Below are positions 27,125 through 37,522 of a DNA stretch of 42,832 nucleotides, in pieces. This stretch comes from Betaproteobacteria bacterium. Lineage in GTDB: Bacteria > Pseudomonadota > Gammaproteobacteria > Burkholderiales > SG8-39. Made by a program: the position numbers and the translations under genes. The stretch spans positions 1 to 42,832 of the forward strand of contig JAQBBQ010000139.1 of assembly GCA_032125995.1 (NCBI GenBank), written 5' to 3'. Numbering within the stretch: the first letter of the stretch is position 1; each line of letters begins with the position of its first letter. The notes below the pieces were generated by a model. The model was not told the origin of the DNA. It saw only the letters and a program-made list of their open reading frames with translations, and made no database searches.

Positions 27125-27762
27125 TCGTTCAGTGCGGCCACGCTGCCCACGCAGGCCACCGTTGGGTGCGCGCGGAGCGCGGATTCCGGATGCGCCCCAT
27201 AGGTGACGGCCACGGCGTCGACATTCGCGTCGCGCGCCATCTCAAGATCATGCGAGGTGTCTCCGATCATGAGCGCCGCGGGCGCGGCGACATCGAGCGC
27301 CGCCAGCAGCTCGTTTAGCATCGCGGGGTGCGGCTTGGGCTGTGTTTCGTCGGCGCAGCGTGAAGCAACGAAGTGATTGCGCAGCCCGCTTGCTTCCAGC
27401 GCCCGCTCGAGACCGCGCCGGCTCTTACCCGTGGCGATCGCGAGCCGATGTCCCCGGGCGCGCAGCGCATCCAACACATCCTGGATGCCCGCGAAGAGCC
27501 GCATGGCATCCTCTCGAGCGAGGAAATGCGCCCGATAGCGCTCGACAAAGGCCGTGGTCTGGTCCGCCGGCAGATCGGGGACTGCGATCCGCAGCGCATC
27601 GTGCAGCCCGAGCCCGATGACATGGCTGGCGCGCGCCGGGGTCGGCACCGGTAGACCGAGGTCGCGGCTGGCCTGCCGAATGCACTCGACGATGCTCGAC
27701 GCCGAATCGATCAGGGTCCCGTCCCAGTCGAACACGATCAGCGCATAGCGCCGCTCAGCCAT
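27103..27762 (-). CDS. HAD-superfamily phosphatase (phosphoglycolate phosphatase-like)
   Basis: FDWDGTLIDS, ATGKSR, KPHP, MIGDT..D. Confidence 0.93.
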   Translation of the reverse strand: MAERRYALIVFDWDGTLIDSASSIVECIRQASRDLGLPVPTPARASHVIGLGLHDALRIAVPDLPADQTTAFVERYRAHFLAREDAMRLFAGIQDVLDALRARGHRLAIATGKSRRGLERALEASGLRNHFVASRCADETQPKPHPAMLNELLAALDVAAPAALMIGDTSHDLEMARDANVDAVAVTYGAHPESALRAHPTVACVGSVAALNEWLTQNA

Positions 27763-28711
27763 CGCCTTCGCCTTCGAACGCAGTATCGATGACCGCCTGC
27801 ACGTCGGCAGGCACCGGGCTTTCCAGGCGCAGCGCTGCGCCGCCGAGTGGATGCGCGAGCTCCAAGCGCCACGCATGCAGGCACAGGCGTTTCGCATTGC
27901 GCCGAGCCATTTCGCGATTGAACGCGAAGTCGCCGTATTTGTCGTCGCCGACCACGGGGTGGCCGATGTGCGCGAGATGGACCCGGATCTGGTGCGTGCG
28001 TCCCGTGAGCAGTTGCAGCTCGAGCAGACTGAGCGTGGGCGAAACCGCAAGCGGTCGCGCGCGCGTTATTGCAGCGACGCCGTGGGGCCGCACGGCCACG
28101 CGCCGCTCGCCGCCGGTGCTGACGAATTTCTGCAGCGGCGCGCGGATCTCGCGCGCCCCGCCTTGCCACTGCCCCTTCACCAGTGCGAGATAGACCTTCT
28201 TGATCTCCCCTTCGCGCAACATGCGATGCAGCTCGACCAGCGCAGACCGCTTCTTCGCGATGAGGAGCAGCCCCGAGGTGTCGCGATCGAGCCGATGGGC
28301 AAGCTCGAGCAGCTTGGCGCGCGGGTGCGCGGCGCGCAGCGACTCGATGACCCCGAAGCTCACACCACTGCCGCCGTGCACCGCGAGTCCGGTCGGCTTG
28401 TCGATCACGAGCAGTGCAGGATCCTCAAATATGACCGGCAATGGCAGCCCGCGCGGCGGCGTGGTCTGCACGCGACGCGTCGCCGTCGCCAATCGCACCG
28501 GTGGCACACGGACCCGGTCGCCGAGCTGCAACCGGTGGTCCGGCCGCACGCGGGCGCTATTCACACGGACTTCACCGCTACGCACGACGCGGTAGACATG
28601 GCTTTTCGGCACGCCTTTGAGTCGGCGCAGGAGGTAGTTATCGATGCGTTGCGCCACGCCGTCCTCATCGACCTCGAGCACCGTCGCCCGAGCCTTGCTT
28701 AACTCGTTCAT
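27755..28711 (-). CDS. rluC: 23S rRNA pseudouridine synthase RluC
   Basis: S4 domain QRIDNYL...VPKS.VYR..RSGEVRVN, HRLDRDTSG, TGRTHQIRVH; divergent from rne. Confidence 0.95.
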   Translation of the reverse strand: MNELSKARATVLEVDEDGVAQRIDNYLLRRLKGVPKSHVYRVVRSGEVRVNSARVRPDHRLQLGDRVRVPPVRLATATRRVQTTPPRGLPLPVIFEDPALLVIDKPTGLAVHGGSGVSFGVIESLRAAHPRAKLLELAHRLDRDTSGLLLIAKKRSALVELHRMLREGEIKKVYLALVKGQWQGGAREIRAPLQKFVSTGGERRVAVRPHGVAAITRARPLAVSPTLSLLELQLLTGRTHQIRVHLAHIGHPVVGDDKYGDFAFNREMARRNAKRLCLHAWRLELAHPLGGAALRLESPVPADVQAVIDTAFEGEGDG

Positions 28712-28723
28712 TCTTCGTATGAT
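28695..28723 (+). promoter_or_regulatory. Putative sigma70 promoter of rne, giving a ~335-nt leader
   Basis: TTGCTT-N17-TATGAT straddling the rluC start codon. Confidence 0.5.
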
Positions 28724-29064
28724 GTGACGATCTGCTTCGAGTTGCGGGGCACGGGAATTCCTTAGGCCACAGTCTCGGCCGCGTTCCCTGAATACGCCCC
28801 CTGCCGCGCCCAGGCGCGGCCCGGAGCAGGGGTTAATTCGCTCACCGAAAGTAGCGATAGTACTGGAAGCGCGCTCAGAGGATCCCCATTCGGAGTCTCG
28901 CCCGCAGCCAAGAAATTGGGTGCGTGAAACGCGGCCACCGCCGGCCATTTCTGGTCTAACGACACAACGTGTCGCAACCGAAAGCAAGGTCATCACAGGT
29001 AGCAACCTAGGAGAATCCTGACCGACGGAATGCCCGTCCTCCTGCGCGCGCGGGAGAACATGAA

Positions 29065-31950
29065 GTGAAACGTATGCTATTCAATGCGACGCAGCAGGAA
29101 GAACTGCGCGTCGCAATCGTCGACGGACAGAAGCTCGTCGACCTCGACATCGAATCGGCCTCCAAGGAGCAACGCAAGGGCAACATCTACCAGGGCATCA
29201 TCACCCGCATCGAGCCCAGCCTCGAAGCGGCGTTCATCGACTATGGTGAAGAGCGCCACGGGTTCCTGCCCTTCAAGGAGGTTGCACGCGGTTTTTTCAA
29301 ACCCGATGTCGATGTCGGGCGCGCACGCATTCAGGATGCACTGCGCGAGGGTCAGCCGGTCATCGTTCAAGTCGAAAAGGACGAGCGCAGCACAAAAGGT
29401 GCGGCGCTCACCACCTTTATCAGTCTCGCAGGCCGCTACCTCGTCCTGATGCCGAACAACCCGCGCGGCGGGGGCGTATCGCGCCGCATCGAGGGCGACG
29501 ACCGCAGCGAACTACGCGACGCCCTGGACCAGCTCGACATCCCCGAGGGTATGAGCGTGATTGCGCGCACCGCGGCAATTGGCCGTTCGGTCGAGGAAAT
29601 GAAATGGGACCTGAACTACCTGCTGCAGCTTTGGCGTGCGGTGGAATCGGCGGCGGGCCCTGCGGGCCCCGGCGCAACGCCGCCAGCGGACAATTCGGGG
29701 CACCCATTCCTGATTTATCTCGAGTCGAGCCTCGTCATTCGGGCGATCCGCGACTACTACCAGCCCGATATCGGCGAGCTCCTGATCGATACCGAAGAGA
29801 TCTACGACCAGGCATGCGCGTTCATGCAGACCGTGATGCCGGCGAATGTCAGCAAGGTCAAGTTGTATCGCGACGACGTTCCGCTGTTTTCGCGCTTCCA
29901 AATCGAACACCAGATCGATAGCGCGTACGCACGCCATGTGAATCTACCTTCGGGCGGCGCCATCGTGATCGACCACTCCGAGGCACTGGTCGCGATCGAC
30001 GTCAACTCTGCGCGCGCGACGCGCGGCGGCGACATCGAGGAAACGGCCTTCAAGACCAATCTTGAAGCCGCTGAAGAAGTGGCACGCCAAATGCGCCTGC
30101 GCGACCTTGGCGGACTCATTGTGATCGATTTCATCGACATGGAATCGCAGCGCAACCAACGTGACGTCGAGGTGCGGTTCAGGGAGGCGCTCCATTTCGA
30201 TCGCGCCCGCGTCCAAGTCAGCAAGATTTCACGCTTCGGATTGCTCGAACTGTCGCGCCAGCGCTTGCGTCCGTCGCTTGAGGAAACGGCGCATATCAAC
30301 TGCCCGCGCTGCAGTGGCACCGGGTTCATCCGCGGGACCGAGTCGACCGCGCTCCACCTGCTGCGGATTCTGCAGGAAGAGGCGATGAAGGAAAACACCG
30401 GTGCGGTGCACGCGCAGGTATCGGTGGACGTGGCGAGCTTCCTGCTGAACGAGAAGCGCAGCGAAATTCAGAAGCTCGAAGCGCGCCTCAAGGTCAACAT
30501 CGTGCTGGTACCAAATTCGCACATCGATACACCGCACTACCGCGTCCAGCGCCTGCGCCACGACGAACTCAACCAGATGGAGCACGTGCCGGCGAGCTAC
30601 GAATTGGTCGAGGCGCCGGAGGAGACCGGCGCCGAACCCGTCGGTGGCGCCGACGCCAAGCGCGAGCGCCAGGAAGCAGCCGTCAAAGGCGTCACGCCGG
30701 ATCAGCCGGCGCCGATGGTGGCGGAAGTGCCGCCTGCCGAGCGCGCCATCCAGCGCGCGAAACCCGTCGCCGCCCGCCCGCAGGGGAGAGCCGCTGAGAC
30801 GCGCCCCGGGATCATTAGCCGCATTTTGGGCTGGTTCAATCTCGACCGCGCGGACGCGACCGAGGGCGGTGCGCCAACACGCACGGAATCGACCTCCCGC
30901 GCACGCGGCGAGGAAACGCGTCGCCGGCCGCAGGGTGCGGGCCGCGACCGACGCCCCGAGCAGCACGCGGCGCCGGAGCGTGGCGCGCGTGGCGAGCGTG
31001 GCGGACGTGGCGAGCGTGGCGGACGTGGCGAGCGCGGCGGCCGTGGTGGCCGAGGCGAGCATGGCGAACGTGGCGAACGAGGTGACGGCCGACGCGGCCG
31101 TGGCGAAGAGCGGCACGAGCCGGGCGCGCGCGCCGAGCCACGCGGCAACGGTCAGCCCCGCCGCGAACGTAGTGAACGTGGCGAACGTGGCGGCGAGCGA
31201 AAGCAGGAACAGGTGGCGCAGACCGAACCGATGGCGGCGGATGCACGCGCGCCATCTGGGCCAACCACGCCGTTGCGCGAGGGTGATGAGCCGCGCCGTC
31301 GGCGCGGTCGACGCGATCGTCAGCGCGATCGCGAGCGCTCGCCGGACGAGCACGCGACGACGGGCGCTCCTGCCGATGCACGCACGGCGGACGCGGAGGC
31401 TATCGTGTCCGCAACCATCACCGCACAAACGACGTTCGAGCACGCAACGCCTGAACGCGCCGCCGAATCTGCCGCGCCCATGGTTGTAGCACTGGCCTCG
31501 GTGACCTCGAATGACATGCCGCCTGCGGCATCGATCGAACCGACCGCCGAGACGGCGATGTCCCCGCAACGGGACATTGCGAGCACGATCGAACCGGTTG
31601 CCGAGGTTGTCCATGAAACCGCCGCGGCGACGACCACAGAGCCAGTGGCGACGCGGTCTGTCGTGCAAGCGCAGGCGCGACCCCCTGCGCCCGCTACGCA
31701 CGTGGTTGAGCCCATTGAGCCGCACTCACCGCCGCCGTCAACGGTTGCGGTCGCGGTTGCGGTTGCGATTGAGCCTGCGGCTGACGCGCAGGCCACTCTG
31801 AATGACGCGGGGTTAGTGCGGATCGAAACCGACCGCACGAAGGCGGAACTCGCGCAGCCGGAGCCCGAACCCGTGAAGCTCGGTCGGCCCAGGCCGGAAC
31901 GCCCTCGGGCGGCCGATGAAGGACTCGTTCAGATCGAAACCGACAAATAG
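29065..31950 (+). CDS. rne: Ribonuclease E
   Basis: [34 protein letters not shown] zinc link; amphipathic helix [11 protein letters not shown]; long disordered C-terminus. Confidence 0.98.
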   Translation: MKRMLFNATQQEELRVAIVDGQKLVDLDIESASKEQRKGNIYQGIITRIEPSLEAAFIDYGEERHGFLPFKEVARGFFKPDVDVGRARIQDALREGQPVIVQVEKDERSTKGAALTTFISLAGRYLVLMPNNPRGGGVSRRIEGDDRSELRDALDQLDIPEGMSVIARTAAIGRSVEEMKWDLNYLLQLWRAVESAAGPAGPGATPPADNSGHPFLIYLESSLVIRAIRDYYQPDIGELLIDTEEIYDQACAFMQTVMPANVSKVKLYRDDVPLFSRFQIEHQIDSAYARHVNLPSGGAIVIDHSEALVAIDVNSARATRGGDIEETAFKTNLEAAEEVARQMRLRDLGGLIVIDFIDMESQRNQRDVEVRFREALHFDRARVQVSKISRFGLLELSRQRLRPSLEETAHINCPRCSGTGFIRGTESTALHLLRILQEEAMKENTGAVHAQVSVDVASFLLNEKRSEIQKLEARLKVNIVLVPNSHIDTPHYRVQRLRHDELNQMEHVPASYELVEAPEETGAEPVGGADAKRERQEAAVKGVTPDQPAPMVAEVPPAERAIQRAKPVAARPQGRAAETRPGIISRILGWFNLDRADATEGGAPTRTESTSRARGEETRRRPQGAGRDRRPEQHAAPERGARGERGGRGERGGRGERGGRGGRGEHGERGERGDGRRGRGEERHEPGARAEPRGNGQPRRERSERGERGGERKQEQVAQTEPMAADARAPSGPTTPLREGDEPRRRRGRRDRQRDRERSPDEHATTGAPADARTADAEAIVSATITAQTTFEHATPERAAESAAPMVVALASVTSNDMPPAASIEPTAETAMSPQRDIASTIEPVAEVVHETAAATTTEPVATRSVVQAQARPPAPATHVVEPIEPHSPPPSTVAVAVAVAIEPAADAQATLNDAGLVRIETDRTKAELAQPEPEPVKLGRPRPERPRAADEGLVQIETDK
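30976..31089 (+). repeat. Coding 9/18-bp repeat giving (RG[E/G/A])n in RNase E
   Basis: Exact 18-mer CGTGGCGAGCGTGGCGGA at 30988 and 31006, plus degenerate copies. Confidence 0.85.
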
Positions 31951-31992
31951 CGTAGCCCGCGCCCCAAGCCGCAGCCAGCGGCCGGGACCGCC

Positions 31993-32490
31993 TCAGTCCC
32001 GGCCGTTCGCCACGAGCGTTCGCAGTAGGCCTGCGGCTACGAGCTCGATCATGTCGAGCACGCGCTCGAAACCGTCCGACCCACCGTAGTAAGGATCGGG
32101 CACATCGGCCTCTGGCGACGTTTCGCCATCGCTGGCATGGTTTGCATAGGCAGTGAACAGGCGCAGCCCCGCGTAGCCCTCGGGCGCGAGTCCACGCAGG
32201 AAACGCAGGTGGCCCCGGTCCATCGCAAGGATCAGATCGAAGGCGTAGAAATCGTCCGCTGTCACCTGGCGCGCCCGCAGACCACTCAAGTCGTACCCGC
32301 GCCGCAGGGCGTGCGCCTGGGCGCGGGCATCGGGCGCCGCGCCGACGTGATAATCATGCGTGCCCGCCGAATCCACCTGAATCGTGCCCGAGTGGCCCGC
32401 TGCCCGCACCATGTGGCGAAACACGCCGTCGGCGGTGGGCGAACGGCAGATGTTGCCGGTGCAGACGAAAAGGACGCTGGTCGCAGCCAT
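31993..32490 (-). CDS. Low-molecular-weight protein tyrosine phosphatase
   Basis: FVCTGNICRSP, DSAGT, DPYYG. Confidence 0.95.
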   Translation of the reverse strand: MAATSVLFVCTGNICRSPTADGVFRHMVRAAGHSGTIQVDSAGTHDYHVGAAPDARAQAHALRRGYDLSGLRARQVTADDFYAFDLILAMDRGHLRFLRGLAPEGYAGLRLFTAYANHASDGETSPEADVPDPYYGGSDGFERVLDMIELVAAGLLRTLVANGRD

Positions 32491-32518
32491 CGCCGCGCCT
32501 GGTTCAGTGCTCGGCACC

Positions 32519-34600
32519 CTAGTCCGACGCCAGCGTCACGCCGAACACGCGCCGCTTGAGCACGCCCAACTGATCGCGCAGCGCCGCCGCCTGTTCAAAC
32601 TCAAGATTCTTTGCGTGCTCGAGCATGCGCTTCTCGAGCGTACGGATCTCGCGCGCGAGCTGCTTTTCTCCCATCGCCTCGTAACGCGCACCCTCCTCGG
32701 CCGCGCGCAGCTCCAGGCTCGCCTGCTCGGTGTCGTAGACGCCGTCGATCAGGTCCTTGATGCGCTTCGTGACGCCGATCGGCGTGATCCCGTGCGCTGT
32801 GTTGAACGCCAGCTGCTTGCCGCGCCGACGTTCGGTTTCGTCGATCGCTTGGCGCATGGATTTCGTCATCACGTCCGCATACAGAGTCGCGCTGCCGTTG
32901 ATGTGGCGCGCTGCACGACCGATGGTCTGGATGAGCGAACGCGCCGAGCGCAGAAAGCCTTCCTTGTCGGCATCGAGAATCGCGACCAACGACACTTCGG
33001 GTAGATCGAGTCCTTCGCGCAGCAAATTGATCCCCACCAACACGTCGAATTCGCCCAGCCGCAAGTCGCGGATGATCTCGACCCGCTCGACGGTCTCGAT
33101 CTCAGAGTGCAAGTAGCGCACCTTGATCGCGTGCTCGGCGAGATATTCGGTAAGTTCCTCGGCCATCCGCTTGGTGAGGGTGGTGACGAGGACCCGCTCG
33201 TTGCGCGCGACGCGCAGCGCGATCGCCGACATCAGATCGTCGACCTGGTTTGCCGCCGGTCTCACCTCAACCTGCGGGTCGATCAACCCGGTCGGCCGCA
33301 CCACCTGTTCGACCACCTGGGCAGACTTGTTGGCCTCGTAGTCTGCGGGGGTCGCCGACACAAAGACCGTTTGCCGCACCACGCTTTCGAACTCGTCGAA
33401 ACGCAGCGGCCGATTGTCGAGCGCCGACGGCAGGCGAAATCCGTACTCGACAAGGTTCTCCTTGCGCGAGCGGTCACCGCGGTACATGCCGCCGAGCTGG
33501 CCAATCGTCACGTGGCTCTCGTCGATGATGATCAGCGCATCGCGCGCCAGGTAATCGATCAGCGTGGGCGGCGGCTCGCCAGGCTGGCGTCCGGACAGAT
33601 GGCGCGAATAGTTCTCGATGCCCTTGCAGAAACCGAGCTCGACGAGCATCTCGAGATCGAAGCGCGTACGCTGCTCGATGCGCTGCGCTTCGACCAGGCG
33701 CCCCGCCTTCTGGAATACCGCAATACGCTCGACCAGCTCGACCTTGATCGCCTCGATTGCGCGCAGCGTCGTCTCGCGCGGCGTCACGTAATGGCTCGAT
33801 GGATAGACCGTGAAGCGCGCGAGCTTGTGCAGCACTTGCCCGGTGAGCGGATCGAAAATCTGCAATTGTTCGATCTCGTCGTCGAACAGCGAAATCCGCA
33901 CCGCATGCTCGGCATGCTCGGCCGGAAAGACGTCGATGACGTCGCCGCGCACACGGAAGGTACCGCGCCGGAATTCAATATCGTTGCGTTCGTACTGCAT
34001 CGCGACCAGGCGCCCGAGAACGTCGCGCTGCGACATCTTCTCGCCCTCGCGCAGGTGCAGGATCATGCCGTGATATTCGGACGGATCGCCGATGCCGTAG
34101 ATCGCCGACACGGTGGCCACGATCACCACGTCGCGTCGCTCCATGAGCGACTTCGTCGCCGAGAGTCGCATCTGCTCGATATGCTCGTTGATCGACGAGT
34201 CCTTCTCGATGAACAGGTCGCGCGCCGGCACGTAGGCTTCCGGCTGGTAATAGTCGTAGTAGGACACGAAGTACTCGACCGCGTTTTCCGGAAAGAACTC
34301 GCGGAACTCTGCATAGAGCTGCGCGGCGAGCGTCTTGTTCGGCGCCAGCACCATCGCCGGGCGGCCGAGCCGGGCGATGACCTGCGCCATGGTGTAGGTC
34401 TTGCCCGATCCGGTGACGCCGAGCAGGGTCTGGTACGCCAGGCCATCGCCAATCCCTGCGATCAGTTTTTCGATCGCCTCCGGCTGATCGCCGGCGGGCG
34501 CGAATGGCTCATGCAGGTTGAATGGGCTGCCCGGGAACGTGCGCGTCGCGACTTTGCGCGCCGTGCGACGAGTGGAGGGCGTGGGGAGTTTCACGATCAC
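32519..34600 (-). CDS. uvrB: Excinuclease ABC subunit B (start uncertain, GTG 34600 assumed)
   Basis: [41 protein letters not shown] domain FEQAA.LRD. Confidence 0.98.
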   Translation of the reverse strand: MIVKLPTPSTRRTARKVATRTFPGSPFNLHEPFAPAGDQPEAIEKLIAGIGDGLAYQTLLGVTGSGKTYTMAQVIARLGRPAMVLAPNKTLAAQLYAEFREFFPENAVEYFVSYYDYYQPEAYVPARDLFIEKDSSINEHIEQMRLSATKSLMERRDVVIVATVSAIYGIGDPSEYHGMILHLREGEKMSQRDVLGRLVAMQYERNDIEFRRGTFRVRGDVIDVFPAEHAEHAVRISLFDDEIEQLQIFDPLTGQVLHKLARFTVYPSSHYVTPRETTLRAIEAIKVELVERIAVFQKAGRLVEAQRIEQRTRFDLEMLVELGFCKGIENYSRHLSGRQPGEPPPTLIDYLARDALIIIDESHVTIGQLGGMYRGDRSRKENLVEYGFRLPSALDNRPLRFDEFESVVRQTVFVSATPADYEANKSAQVVEQVVRPTGLIDPQVEVRPAANQVDDLMSAIALRVARNERVLVTTLTKRMAEELTEYLAEHAIKVRYLHSEIETVERVEIIRDLRLGEFDVLVGINLLREGLDLPEVSLVAILDADKEGFLRSARSLIQTIGRAARHINGSATLYADVMTKSMRQAIDETERRRGKQLAFNTAHGITPIGVTKRIKDLIDGVYDTEQASLELRAAEEGARYEAMGEKQLAREIRTLEKRMLEHAKNLEFEQAAALRDQLGVLKRRVFGVTLASD

Positions 34601-34703
34601 GGGTGCATCGGCCAGTTCAAAAAAATATTGATTTTCCCATGGCGCAGCCGTTCGGCGCGAGGGCAACCCAAGCCGTCGGCCGGGGTTCGAGCGTCCAGGG
34701 CGC

Positions 34704-35510
34704 TCAGGCCCGCCAGCGCAGTAGAAAGCGTTCGGCGCGTTCGATCAGCCAACCGACCCCGAGGCCAAACAGCGACAGGATCGCCACGCCCGCAACGAGT
34801 TGATCGGTGGCCATCAGGTTGCCGGCAATCAGGACGTAGGCACCAATGCCAAACTCGGCGCCAATCATCTCCGCGGCAACGAGCAGGATGATCCCGATCG
34901 ATGCGGTGATGCGGAACCCCGACAGGATCGCGGGCAGCGCGCCCGGGAAGATGATCTTTCGCACGATCGACGTCCAACGCAGGCCGAAGGACTGCCCCAT
35001 GCGGATCAGCCCGCGATCGACGTTATCGACGCCGCCGTAGACTGCGATCACCGTGGGAAAAAACACGCCAAAGAAGATGACCGCCACCTTCGATTCCTCG
35101 CCGATGCCGAACCAGATGATGAACAGCGGCAGCAGTGCAATCTTCGGAATCGGGAAAATCGCCGAGACCAGCGGCACAACGCCTGCACGTGCAAGCGAGA
35201 ACAAGCCCGCCATCAGGCCGACCGCGACGCCGGCCGCGGTACCCGCGCACCAACCAAGGAGGAGGCGCTGGATCGACGCTCCCAGGTGCTTGAACAGCAG
35301 CCCGCTGTCGAACAATTCCTCCAGCGCGATGAATGCGGCCGACGGCGCCGGAAGAATCAGCGCGCCGATCCAACCCAGGCGTGAACCAATTTCCCAGACA
35401 ATGAGAAGAACGCCAAACACGATTGGCCCAATGATCCCGAGCGGCTTGGGCGCGAAGCCGCCGCCGCGGAACGCGACCGGACGGCCCTTGGGGTCCGACC
35501 CGTCAGGCAT
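34704..35510 (-). CDS. ABC transporter permease, NitT/TauT (SsuC-like) family
   Basis: [46 protein letters not shown]. Confidence 0.92.
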   Translation of the reverse strand: MPDGSDPKGRPVAFRGGGFAPKPLGIIGPIVFGVLLIVWEIGSRLGWIGALILPAPSAAFIALEELFDSGLLFKHLGASIQRLLLGWCAGTAAGVAVGLMAGLFSLARAGVVPLVSAIFPIPKIALLPLFIIWFGIGEESKVAVIFFGVFFPTVIAVYGGVDNVDRGLIRMGQSFGLRWTSIVRKIIFPGALPAILSGFRITASIGIILLVAAEMIGAEFGIGAYVLIAGNLMATDQLVAGVAILSLFGLGVGWLIERAERFLLRWRA

Positions 35511-36270
35511 CGACCAACGCCTGGTCCGCCGCGAGCGCCTCGTCGCGCAACAGATTCCACAGGCGATTGTGCAATGTGTCCAGCGCCGCGCGGTGGGCGT
35601 TTCGCCCGACGAGCGGCAGATCGATGTCCACCACCTCGCGAATCCGCCCCGGGCGCCGCGATAGCACGATGACCTTATGCCCGAGGCGCACTGCTTCAGC
35701 GAGATTGTGGGTCACATAACAGGCCGTGAACGGTTCACGCGACCAGAGTTCGATCAGATCATCCATCAGCAATTCGCGCGTCTGACTGTCGAGCGCGGAC
35801 AGCGGCTCGTCCATCAGCAGACAGGCTGGATTCACGCTGAGTGCGCGTGCGATCGCAACGCGTTGCTTCATCCCGCCCGAGAGCTGGCGCGGGAATGCGT
35901 CACCAAAGTCGGCCAGCTTGGTCCGCCGCAGAACATCGTCGATGATCGATTCGATCGCGGCGCCGCCGAGACCCTGGTCTTCGAGCACCAGGCTGATGTT
36001 CCCGCGCACGGTACGCCAGGGCAGTAGCGCAAAGTCCTGGAAAATGTAGGTCAGCGGATTGCGTGAATCTGCCGGCGGCTCGCCAATTTGCATCACCGCA
36101 CCCGCGCTCGGCTGCTCGAGCCCACCGATCAGCCTGAGGAGCGTCGATTTGCCGCAGCCCGACGGTCCAATGATGCAGACGATATGCCCCTGCTCGACTG
36201 TGAAATCGATGTCCTCCAGGACGTCGACCGTGCCGTAGCGGTGCGTGACGTGACTGACGTGCAAGTCCAT
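35503..36270 (-). CDS. ABC transporter ATP-binding protein, NitT/TauT family
   Basis: GPSGCGKST, FQDFALLPW, LSGGMKQR, LLMDEP, VTHN. Confidence 0.94.
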   Translation of the reverse strand: MDLHVSHVTHRYGTVDVLEDIDFTVEQGHIVCIIGPSGCGKSTLLRLIGGLEQPSAGAVMQIGEPPADSRNPLTYIFQDFALLPWRTVRGNISLVLEDQGLGGAAIESIIDDVLRRTKLADFGDAFPRQLSGGMKQRVAIARALSVNPACLLMDEPLSALDSQTRELLMDDLIELWSREPFTACYVTHNLAEAVRLGHKVIVLSRRPGRIREVVDIDLPLVGRNAHRAALDTLHNRLWNLLRDEALAADQALVDA

Positions 36271-36347
36271 CCGGGGAGGTGGCCGTCCGTTGCCTTGCGA
36301 TACCGGCGGGGCGGCGCAATGGCGCCTCGCCTGCACCCGCTAAGGCG

Positions 36348-37379
36348 TCATTTCGGCACGTTAACCATGTCGGCGTAGCCGGTCACGATCAGCTTGTTGA
36401 TCGTGAGACCGGGCTTGACGAGCTTTTGTGCCTGGAACCACTCGAGCTGCGTTTTGACGTCGCCAACATCAAGCGCGGCGCCCTCGTTCATATAGACCGC
36501 GCCCGCCTTGATACCCGGCGCAGCTTTCTCGTAGGGCCGGTCGGTGTACACGTACTTGTGGATCAGCTTGACCATCGCCTCGGTCGCCGCCGGGTCCTTC
36601 GTCTGATTGAGCATCACTGCGCGATAGTCGGCGATGCCCTTTTTGTATGCGCGCATGAAGCGCTTGACCAGCACCTGCCGTTCGTCGGTGTTGCGTGTCG
36701 ACGTGAAGATCGTCGTCACCTGGTAGCGACCCAGATCGCTCATCCAGCCGATGATTTTCGCCGCCTTGGCCTTGTCCAGGGGAATGGCGACGTGCGGCAC
36801 CATCATCATCGAATCGACCTGCCCGGATTTCACCGCGCCGATCATCGATCCGACCTTCTGCAGCGGTTTAAGGCTGACATCGCTCATGCCAAAGCCCGAC
36901 GCCGCGGCGATCTTGCCAGTCATGTAGTGAAACGAGGACCCTACCTGAGTAAGCGCAACCGAGTGGCCCTTGATCTTTGCAGGCTTGGTAACGCCCGCGG
37001 CATGGGCTTTGTTCGAAGCCATGATGGCCATGCCTTTGTAGCCCTTCTTTTCGGCGAACAGGCCGCCGACGATTTTCAACGCCCCCTTGTCGGCCAGGTT
37101 GAAGAATCCCCCCGTGAGCGCGGTGACACCGAAGTCGATGTCGCCCGAAGCAATCGCGACCGCAACCGGCTGCGCCGCCTGGAAGAACTTCAGCTCGACG
37201 TCGAGCCCCTCGGCCTTGAAGTAGCCGCGCTCATAGGCGATGAAGGTCGGTGCATGCGACGTGAAACGCAGCGCACCGACCGTAACCTTGTCGACTGCCT
37301 CGGCGCCGCTCGCCGTCGTGAAAGCCGTCGCGAGTACCGCGCACGCGGCGGCGCGACGAAAACGGGTGGAAACTTGCAT
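36348..37379 (-). CDS. ABC transporter substrate-binding protein, SsuA/THI5-like
   Basis: Signal peptide; AP.FIA.ERGYF..EGLDVEL, IASGDIDFG; SD GGAGGAG before ATG 37379. Confidence 0.9.
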   Translation of the reverse strand: MQVSTRFRRAAACAVLATAFTTASGAEAVDKVTVGALRFTSHAPTFIAYERGYFKAEGLDVELKFFQAAQPVAVAIASGDIDFGVTALTGGFFNLADKGALKIVGGLFAEKKGYKGMAIMASNKAHAAGVTKPAKIKGHSVALTQVGSSFHYMTGKIAAASGFGMSDVSLKPLQKVGSMIGAVKSGQVDSMMMVPHVAIPLDKAKAAKIIGWMSDLGRYQVTTIFTSTRNTDERQVLVKRFMRAYKKGIADYRAVMLNQTKDPAATEAMVKLIHKYVYTDRPYEKAAPGIKAGAVYMNEGAALDVGDVKTQLEWFQAQKLVKPGLTINKLIVTGYADMVNVPK

Positions 37380-37522
37380 GCTCTTCTCCTCCAATCCGGA
37401 ACCTCGATTCATGGGGTTTCGCCACCTGTCATGCGAATGGACGCGGACGGGTCACGAAGCGGTTGGATTCTCCCACAGTGGCCGCACCGGTAAAATAGCG
37501 CGGTTACTTACCCCCTCCTCCC

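Noticed and set aside
27763-29005. Long N-terminal extensions of HAD and rluC in the ORF track (also uvrC, era, degP, acpP, rpmF)
   Set aside because: Longest-ORF artefacts; family homology and SD positions indicate downstream starts.
34601-34703. LexA/SOS box upstream of uvrB (also checked upstream of uvrC)
   Set aside because: No CTGT-N8-ACAG seen. The AT-rich TCAAAAAAATATTGATTTT patch is only weakly palindromic and cannot be assigned.
33107-34891. 594-aa ORF on + strand antisense to uvrB (similarly 30229-31725, 41120-42742, 36279-37493, 7843-9006)
   Set aside because: Shadow ORFs expected opposite high-GC genes; no recognisable motifs, and they overlap clear conserved genes.
37380-37522. 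TPP or other riboswitch ahead of the THI5/SsuA-like binding protein
   Set aside because: No recognisable riboswitch core motifs (e.g. the TPP CUGAGA) on the minus strand, and the space is short.
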